Shown one piece after another: positions 38,131 through 44,366 of a DNA stretch of 44,366 bases; position 1 is the first letter of the stretch; every line of letters begins with the position of its first letter. The translations under genes and the position numbers were made by a program. The DNA lies in contig CAYNZS010000004.1 in the NCBI GenBank assembly GCA_964401695.1, positions 1-44,366 on the forward strand. The letters are read 5' to 3'. This DNA comes from an uncultured Nitrospirales bacterium. Lineage in GTDB: Bacteria > Hydrogenedentota > Hydrogenedentia > Hydrogenedentales > GCA-2746185. The notes beneath the pieces were generated by a model. That model was not told where the DNA came from. It did not search any database and worked only from the letters and a program-made list of their open reading frames with translations.

Positions 38131-38850
38131 ATGCAGGCCAGTCATGCCGAAAAGACGAAGGGTGAGTTCTTTCAACGTTTCAGCCTTCAGTTCCGCATTC
38201 AGCATTTCGTGTTGTTCCTGAGTGTTTTGACGCTGATCGTTACGGGGGTGCCGCTTTGGTGCATCAAGCGGCCGGAGTACGTGTGGTGGTCCGAAAGCGC
38301 GATGGGAGCAACGGGCTATATTGAGGCGGTCCGGTGGATTCACCACGTCGCGGCGTTGGCGCTGACGGCGTTGTCGGTGTACCATCTGTTGTACACGATC
38401 TACACGCGCGAGGGGCGCCGCGAGTTCGTCGCGCTTCTTCCCCGCCCCAAGGACTTTGCCGACGTGACAACGAATTTGATGTATTTCCTGGGGCTGCGCA
38501 AGGAAGGCCCCCGTTTCGGCCGCTACACCTACTTCGAGAAGTTCGACTATTGGGCGGTCTACTGGGGTTGTGTGATCATGATTGGCTCAGGCTATACGCT
38601 GTGGTTCACCGACATCTCGCTGCGTTTCGCGCCTTGGTTCAATTATGAACTGGCGGCGCTTGTCCATGCCGACGAGGCGATCTTGGCTACGTTGGCCCTG
38701 CTGGTTTGGCATTTCTACAACGTGCATCTGAATCCATCGCGTTTCCCCGGCACGATGCTTTGGCTGCACGGAAAGATTTCGCGCGAGGAGATGATGGCCG
38801 AACATCCTCTTGAATACGAGGACATCGAATCTGACGGAGAACGAGAATGA
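38131..38850 (+). CDS. Di-heme cytochrome b (FdnI/HyaC-like membrane subunit)
   Basis: RFSLQFRIQH, WIHH, RFGRYTYFEKFDYWAVYWG, VHADEAILA...VWHFYNVH, EHPLEY; about 4 TMs. ATG 38131 follows GGAGGA (alternative GTG 38116). Confidence 0.88.
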   Translation: MQASHAEKTKGEFFQRFSLQFRIQHFVLFLSVLTLIVTGVPLWCIKRPEYVWWSESAMGATGYIEAVRWIHHVAALALTALSVYHLLYTIYTREGRREFVALLPRPKDFADVTTNLMYFLGLRKEGPRFGRYTYFEKFDYWAVYWGCVIMIGSGYTLWFTDISLRFAPWFNYELAALVHADEAILATLALLVWHFYNVHLNPSRFPGTMLWLHGKISREEMMAEHPLEYEDIESDGERE

Positions 38851-40184
38851 GTAAGCGCAAAACACTGACGCGGCGCGGCTTCCTTAAGGGCGCGGCCGCC
38901 GCCGGCGCAACCAGCGTCTTCGGGGCCGGCTCCGCCCGGAGCCGCATTGTACATGCCGCCGCCTTGGGTGCCGATGGAAACGTCGCGCCGAGCAATCGCA
39001 TCGCTTTGGCTGCCATCGGCATTGGCATCCAAGGCACCGTCAACATGGCGCAGTTCCTCAAGAAGAAGGACGTACAACTCGTCGCGGTTTGCGACGTGGA
39101 CGAGGGCCATCGCGATGAGGCCAAGTCCATGGTGGATCAGGTCTACGGAAACGAGGACTGCAAGGCGTACTCGGACTTCCGAGAGTTGATCGGACGCGAC
39201 GACCTGGATGCCGTCGCCCTGGCGATCCCCGACCACTGGCACGCCCTCCTTGCCACCGAGGTGGCGAAGGCCGGCCTCGATATCTACGGCGAGAAGCCGC
39301 TGGCGCGCTCGGTTCGCGAGGGCCGGGCCATTTGCGATGCCGTCAGCCGCTACAACCGGGTCTGGCAGACGGGCAGTTGGCAACGTTCGAGAGCCCAGTT
39401 CCATCGGGCCTGTGAACTGGTCCGCAACGGGCGAATCGGCAAGGTTCACAAGGTGGAGGTGGGATTGCCGGATGGCGGGTGCCTGGCTACTCAGCCGGTG
39501 GAGGCCGTTCCTGAGGGGCTTGACTGGAACATGTGGCTCGGGCCGGCGCCGTACGTACCGTACCGGCCCTTTGGGGATCCGTCCGGATCCTATAAGCGGT
39601 GCCATTTCAACTGGCGCTGGATCATGGACTACTCGGGTGGACAACTCACCGATTGGGCCGGACACCACATCGACATCGCGCACTGGGGACTCGGGCTCGA
39701 ACACACCGGCCCTGTCGAAGTCGAGGGCAAGGGCGACTACCCCGACGATGGGATTTATAACACGCCAGCAGAATACACCGTGCACTGCACCTACGCCGAC
39801 GGACTGCGCATGACCGTGTCCAACGCGCGCAGGATTCCGATGGGGACCAAGTGGCACGGCGAAGACGGCTGGATTCATGTCTCGCGCGACGGCATCGTGA
39901 CAGAGCCGATAAAGATTCTGAGCGAGGTCATCGGGCCTGAAGAGATTAGACTGTACAAGAGCACGGACCACTTTCAGGATTTCCTGGACTGTGTGAAGAG
40001 CCGCCAATCGACGATCACACCCCCCGAGGACGCGCAGAGGTCCATAAGCGTAGCGTTGCTCGGCGAGATCGCCATGCTCCTCGGGAGAAGGATTCGTTGG
40101 GATCCGGAAAATGAAGCGGTCGTCGATGACCCAAGCGCCAGCGCGCTATTAGGGCGCTCCTACCGTGAGCCATGGTGTCTATAG
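38847..40184 (+). CDS. Tat-exported Gfo/Idh/MocA oxidoreductase
   Basis: TRRGFLK signal; IGIGIQG, AIPDHWH, YGEKPL, WQTGSWQRS, SGGQLTDWAGHHID. ATGA coupling to the cytochrome b gene. Confidence 0.92.
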   Translation: MSKRKTLTRRGFLKGAAAAGATSVFGAGSARSRIVHAAALGADGNVAPSNRIALAAIGIGIQGTVNMAQFLKKKDVQLVAVCDVDEGHRDEAKSMVDQVYGNEDCKAYSDFRELIGRDDLDAVALAIPDHWHALLATEVAKAGLDIYGEKPLARSVREGRAICDAVSRYNRVWQTGSWQRSRAQFHRACELVRNGRIGKVHKVEVGLPDGGCLATQPVEAVPEGLDWNMWLGPAPYVPYRPFGDPSGSYKRCHFNWRWIMDYSGGQLTDWAGHHIDIAHWGLGLEHTGPVEVEGKGDYPDDGIYNTPAEYTVHCTYADGLRMTVSNARRIPMGTKWHGEDGWIHVSRDGIVTEPIKILSEVIGPEEIRLYKSTDHFQDFLDCVKSRQSTITPPEDAQRSISVALLGEIAMLLGRRIRWDPENEAVVDDPSASALLGRSYREPWCL

Positions 40185-40226
40185 GTCCAGTTTGAGCCGG
40201 GCTCGAGCGAACAGCAAGGAGGTGAA

Positions 40227-42209
40227 ATGAAACGAACAGCGATACGCTGCCGTGGCGCACTGGTCCAGGGCGCGCTCATTCTGGCGGCGTTGATGGTCGC
40301 GATGGGCGCCGCCTATGGCGCGGACGACAGCCTCAGAGATCCTTACGCGGCGATCCTGAGTTACGAAGTTGGCCAAAGCCCGAAAGCTCTGAAGGCAATC
40401 GAAGAGGAAATCCGCGGTGCCACGGCCGGGCAACGACTGGCTATAGAAGGAAAGCTCCTCGGCGCCCTGGAGTCGCCCGAAGCAACGGTTGCGTGCAAGC
40501 AATTCGTTTGCCGGATGCTGCGCCGGACAGGCGCCAGCGAATCGCTTCCCGCTCTGGCCAGGCTATTGGCGGACGAGGAACTCTCGCATATGGCGCGCTT
40601 CGCCTTGCAGGAGATGCAGGATTCCAGAGTCGACGAAATTCTCCGCGAGGCCTTGGCCGGCCTCAGCGGCGGCGCTCGAGTTGGCGTGGTCAACACGATC
40701 GCTCAGCGCTGCGACCCAAGAGCCGTTCCGCAACTGGTCAAGCTGCTCAAGAGCGAAGACACGTCCTTGCTGCGGGCGGCCATTTCGGCCCTGGGCCACA
40801 TCGGCGGCGGGAAGGCAGCGAAGGCGCTCAAGCGCGTGAAAGTAGGCGACGATATCGAGACCCACCGGGCTGACGCCTATCTGATGTGCGCGGACAAAAT
40901 GCTCGCCGAAGGCGACGCCTCCAGCGCCCTGGAAATTTACAGCAAGATGGCGGACGAGAAGAACTCCGCGATGGTCCGGGCCGCGGCCTATCGTGGCGTC
41001 GTCTTAGCGGACAAGAAGCAGGCGCTCCGCACCGTGCTGGCCCTGTTGCGGGACGAGAATGCGGATCTGCGGGAGTCGGCCGGAAGGCTCGCCCGCGAGG
41101 CCTTCGCGAGCGAGACGCCCGACCCGGCTGTCACGAAGGCTCTTGCGGACAGCCTCCCCTCGCTGCCGCCTCAAGCCCAGGTCGTGTTGTTGAGCGCGTT
41201 GGCCGATCGTGGAGACGAGGCTGCGCTGCCCGAGGTGGCCGAAGCCGCCAGCAGCAGCGACGAGGCTGTGCGGGTCCAAGCCATTCGGGCTTTGGGTGTC
41301 CTTGGCGACGCGTCGAGTGCCGAGACGCTGATCCAAGCGATGGCTGAGGGCGGCGACATAGCCGTGGCCTCGGCGAGGGCCCTCGACGGGCTCCGGGGCG
41401 ACGGGATTGGCGCGGCCCTAGTCAAAGCCCTCGAAAGCGGCGGCGAGTCTGCCGCTCAGCTCAGCCTTATCGAAGTGATCGAAGCGCGGAGCGAGAGCGC
41501 CGCGGTCCCGGTTCTGCTCACTACAACCCAAAACTCGAACTCGAAGGTTCGCAAGGCCAGCTACACTGCGCTGAAGAAACTCGCCGGCGAGAACGAGCTT
41601 CCGGCCCTGGTCGAGCTGCTCTTGTCGAGCAAGAAATCCTTAGCGCGCCGCAGCGTGGAGCGCGTGATGACCGCCGTGCTCGGGCGCATGCCCGAACCCG
41701 GCGCCGGTACTGGCCCCGTCATTGCGGGTCTCTCCGAGGCAGGCGCCAAGGCCAAGGAGAACCTGTTGGCGGTACTGGGCAACGCGGGTGGAAGCGAGGC
41801 CCTCGCAGCGATACGCGAGGAACTGAAGAACGGCGATGACGCTGCAAAGAAGGCGTCCGTCAAGGCCCTGGGGAATTGGTCCGACACGGCCCCCGCGGCT
41901 GACTTGCTTGCCGTCGCGAGGAACGATTCGAATACGACCTTGCAGATTCTTGCCTTCCGTGGATACGTGGGCCTGGCCGGGCTTCCGAGCGAACGCCCGG
42001 CCGGAGAGACGCTGAAGATGTACGAAGCCGCGATGGGAATCGCGGGTCAGGCAGACGCAAGAAAGCTGGTATTGTCAGGCGTTTCCGCCATGCCGAGCCG
42101 CGAAGCGCTTGAGTTCGTGGAGAAGTACCTCGAAGACGAGGAGATCAAGTCGGAGGCAGAAACCGCCTATCGGAAGATATCCGGCCTACTTGAAGACTCG
42201 AGTTCATAG
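40227..42209 (+). CDS. Secreted HEAT/PBS-lyase-like repeat protein
   Basis: Signal peptide (AYG|ADD); repeated helical units such as LRAAISALGHIGG, VRVQAIRALGVLGD and ASVKALGNW. AAGGAGG RBS. Confidence 0.85.
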   Translation: MKRTAIRCRGALVQGALILAALMVAMGAAYGADDSLRDPYAAILSYEVGQSPKALKAIEEEIRGATAGQRLAIEGKLLGALESPEATVACKQFVCRMLRRTGASESLPALARLLADEELSHMARFALQEMQDSRVDEILREALAGLSGGARVGVVNTIAQRCDPRAVPQLVKLLKSEDTSLLRAAISALGHIGGGKAAKALKRVKVGDDIETHRADAYLMCADKMLAEGDASSALEIYSKMADEKNSAMVRAAAYRGVVLADKKQALRTVLALLRDENADLRESAGRLAREAFASETPDPAVTKALADSLPSLPPQAQVVLLSALADRGDEAALPEVAEAASSSDEAVRVQAIRALGVLGDASSAETLIQAMAEGGDIAVASARALDGLRGDGIGAALVKALESGGESAAQLSLIEVIEARSESAAVPVLLTTTQNSNSKVRKASYTALKKLAGENELPALVELLLSSKKSLARRSVERVMTAVLGRMPEPGAGTGPVIAGLSEAGAKAKENLLAVLGNAGGSEALAAIREELKNGDDAAKKASVKALGNWSDTAPAADLLAVARNDSNTTLQILAFRGYVGLAGLPSERPAGETLKMYEAAMGIAGQADARKLVLSGVSAMPSREALEFVEKYLEDEEIKSEAETAYRKISGLLEDSSS

Positions 42210-42271
42210 AAAATGAAGCAAGATCCTAAGGACCGCGCACGGTCTGGGATCGTCGAAATAAGGAGAGAGAT

Positions 42272-42964
42272 ATGAAGAACACGATAGTGACGCTGGCGGC
42301 CTTTCAGATCCTTGCCCTATTGGCGCTGGGTCCGGTGGCCTTTGGAGAGACTAAGGGAAGCGAGGAGATGGCGCCCCTGCCCATCGTACTGCCCGAAGCG
42401 ATGTTTAGCGGAACGCCAAAAGACATCCGCACGAGCAACCTGGAAAGGCAGACTGGCAGGAAACGCCCTCCATTCCTGGCGCCGGTGGGCGCGGTGAACG
42501 TGGCCCTCGAGAAGGAGGTCACGGGCAGTGACGAAGAACCCATCATTGGCGAGATAGAACAGGTCACGGACGGCGACAAGTCGGGCGCCGACGGCAGTTT
42601 CGTGGAATTCGGGCCGGGATCCCAGTATGTTCAAATCGATCTTGAAGAGGTATGCGAGATTTATGCTGTCGTCTTCTGGCACTTCCACGCGCAGGCGCGC
42701 GTCTACTTTGACGTTATCATCAGAACGGCCGACGACCCGGATTTCATCACGAATGTCCAGACCATTTTCAACAGCGATCACGACAACTCTTCGGGCCTGG
42801 GAATCGGCAAGGACAAGGAGTTCATCGAGACGGACGACGGCAAACTGGTCGATGCCAAGGGCGTCAAGACGCAATACGTTCGCCTCTACAGCAACGGAAG
42901 TACCGCGAGCGACATGAACCACTACAACGAGGTCGAGATTTACGGAAAGCCGGTCGCGGAGTAG
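42272..42964 (+). CDS. Secreted discoidin/F5-8 type C (galactose-binding-like) domain protein
   Basis: Signal peptide (AFG|E); NVALEKEVT, VTDGD, YVQIDL, QYVRLYSNG, NEVEIYG. Confidence 0.78.
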   Translation: MKNTIVTLAAFQILALLALGPVAFGETKGSEEMAPLPIVLPEAMFSGTPKDIRTSNLERQTGRKRPPFLAPVGAVNVALEKEVTGSDEEPIIGEIEQVTDGDKSGADGSFVEFGPGSQYVQIDLEEVCEIYAVVFWHFHAQARVYFDVIIRTADDPDFITNVQTIFNSDHDNSSGLGIGKDKEFIETDDGKLVDAKGVKTQYVRLYSNGSTASDMNHYNEVEIYGKPVAE

Positions 42965-42991
42965 CCGAATACCGGGCCCCGCGCGCATCGG

Positions 42992-43909
42992 TTGGAGGAC
43001 GCAGCCATCCCGCAGGCGCCACAGACGAAGGACGACTCCGGGCTGCATCGGTTCGCCCATGAGGCCATGACCACAGTCTTCGAGGTGGTCATCGCGGGCG
43101 AAACAGGGGAGTATGCCCGGCAGGCCTCGCAGGCCGTCTTCGGGGAAATTGACCGGCTTGAGGGCGTTCTGAGCCGCTTCATCGAATCGAGCGATATCTC
43201 GCGCATTAACAAGCTGGGGGCGCGGGAACCCGTGCGCGTTGGCGCTGACACATTCGAGTGCCTGCAAACGGCAGCGGCGGTCCATCGCGTCACCGGCGGC
43301 GCATTCGACGTCACCATTGGCGCCGTCACCACGCCGGACGGCGAGCGCCTCCCCGCGGAATCCGCGCCTGTGGGCATGGGAATGGTCGAATTCCACGAGG
43401 ACATCTTCGCGATCAGCCTGAAAGCCGAGGGCCTCTCGATTGACCTGGGTGGAATCGGCAAGGGCTTCGCCTTGGACAAGGCGCTCGAAATCCTCGGCGA
43501 CTGGAGTGTCGATTCCGTCCTGCTTCACGGCGGAGAGAGTTCGGTGCTGGGCATCGGCGCCCCGCCCGACGAGGACGGATGGCCCGTAGCCGCGGGGGGC
43601 GAGCAGGGCGAACGGTTTATCCTGCGGGACAAGGCCCTCAGTGGTTCGGGGATCTACGTGAAAGGCAGCCACATCATCGACCCCGGAACCCGCCGCCCCG
43701 CAGAGGGCAAAACCGGGGCGTGGGCCTTCTGCCCCTCCGCGGCCGTCGCCGACGCCCTTTCGACGGCCTTCATGGTCATGCCGCCGCCGGACATCGAACG
43801 GTTCTGCCGGAACCACCCCGGCACCGGCGCTATGTTCGTCGTCGAACAGGAAGGCGACAGTACGCTCACACGGCTCGGGGACTGGGCGCAACTCGGGGAG
43901 CAACGCTGA
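42992..43909 (+). CDS. apbE: FAD:protein FMN transferase (ApbE family)
   Basis: AMTT, SDISRIN, TGGAFDVT, IDLGGIGKGFALD, LSGSG, HIIDPGT, ADALSTA. The start is uncertain and no signal peptide is visible. Confidence 0.9.
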   Translation: MEDAAIPQAPQTKDDSGLHRFAHEAMTTVFEVVIAGETGEYARQASQAVFGEIDRLEGVLSRFIESSDISRINKLGAREPVRVGADTFECLQTAAAVHRVTGGAFDVTIGAVTTPDGERLPAESAPVGMGMVEFHEDIFAISLKAEGLSIDLGGIGKGFALDKALEILGDWSVDSVLLHGGESSVLGIGAPPDEDGWPVAAGGEQGERFILRDKALSGSGIYVKGSHIIDPGTRRPAEGKTGAWAFCPSAAVADALSTAFMVMPPPDIERFCRNHPGTGAMFVVEQEGDSTLTRLGDWAQLGEQR

Positions 43910-43968
43910 ACGAGTCGGGGCCACACGTCCGGATGGACGAGATCGCCGAGGCTGAAGCCGAAGCAGAT

Positions 43969-44364
43969 TCAGTCCGGTTCCTTGGGCAAGAGAAAAGGCC
44001 AGCATCGTCTATGCACGGTGCCCAAATAAACGGGCGCGCGTCTGAATTCGGCAAAGGGCCTTCCTCGAATTCGCTCATACTCCTCGGCAAACTGCTGCCA
44101 TGGATGTTCCTCAAGAGCGGCGTTCGAGGCGATTCCCCCGTGAACCTGATGAAACGTGGCTTCCCCAAGTAACAGGACCGGCTGAATCTCCTTTTCGCGC
44201 TGTATGAGACGGAACAGGTCCGAGTTCACCAGCCCTCCGCCGGGACAGGCAAACTCTTCACAGCACCCGCCCAAATCCAGAAAATCGCTCTTCTTAATCA
44301 TAAAGCAGCCACACTGTTGTCCTAAACAGCGGTCCCATAAGTTAGATTGACGAGGCCCTCCTTC
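43969..44364 (-). CDS. 3' part of a probable glycosyltransferase family 2-like gene, open to the window edge
   Basis: The frame is open from 44364. FLDLGG..E.F..PGGGLVN.D and LLGEATFHQVHGG resemble GT2 C-termini as I recall them; not verified by search. Confidence 0.5.
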   Translation of the reverse strand, partial: EGGPRQSNLWDRCLGQQCGCFMIKKSDFLDLGGCCEEFACPGGGLVNSDLFRLIQREKEIQPVLLLGEATFHQVHGGIASNAALEEHPWQQFAEEYERIRGRPFAEFRRAPVYLGTVHRRCWPFLLPKEPD

Positions 44365-44366
44365 GG

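Noticed and set aside
40527-40538. TGAS in the HEAT protein as an ApbE flavinylation site (also SGAD in the discoidin protein)
   Set aside because: TGAS lacks the upstream Asp and sits in an ordinary HEAT turn; SGAD lacks the acceptor Ser/Thr.
42317-44005. 562-aa minus-strand ORF
   Set aside because: Antisense shadow of the discoidin and apbE genes; no motifs, and such shadows are expected in GC-rich coding DNA.

Overview
GC-rich bacterial window with no rRNA, tRNA, CRISPR array or transposase recognised. The gene content resembles Hydrogenedentota/PVC-type genomes, but this is inference only. Left to right: (1) an HTH+REC response regulator, an HD-domain alarmone-hydrolase-like gene, an orphan msrP and a LOG-family gene; (2) a minus-strand block of about 25 kb, read from a near-consensus sigma70 promoter at about 29.45 kb. 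It encodes a 3483-aa acidic, internally duplicated surface protein (2 PKD, 2 IPT/TIG, CFI-box-CTERM anchor), then a metzincin protease that carries an INTERNAL CFI-box-like anchor plus a second signal peptide and an extra domain (apparent polyprotein), then a 158-bp element with perfect 18-bp inverted ends, then a type II secretion operon gspCDEFGHIJKLM; (3) an oppABC cassette without ATPases, bracketed by two copies of a palindromic REP-like element; (4) a putative extracytoplasmic redox operon (2 Tat Gfo/Idh/MocA enzymes, heptaheme cytochrome c, cytochrome b, HEAT protein, discoidin protein, ApbE); (5) the 3' part of a glycosyltransferase-like gene at the right edge. The best candidates for a new system are the CFI-box-CTERM cargo / polyprotein protease / T2SS locus and the sugar-oxidation/heme/flavinylation operon. 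All calls come from reading the sequence; no searches were run.
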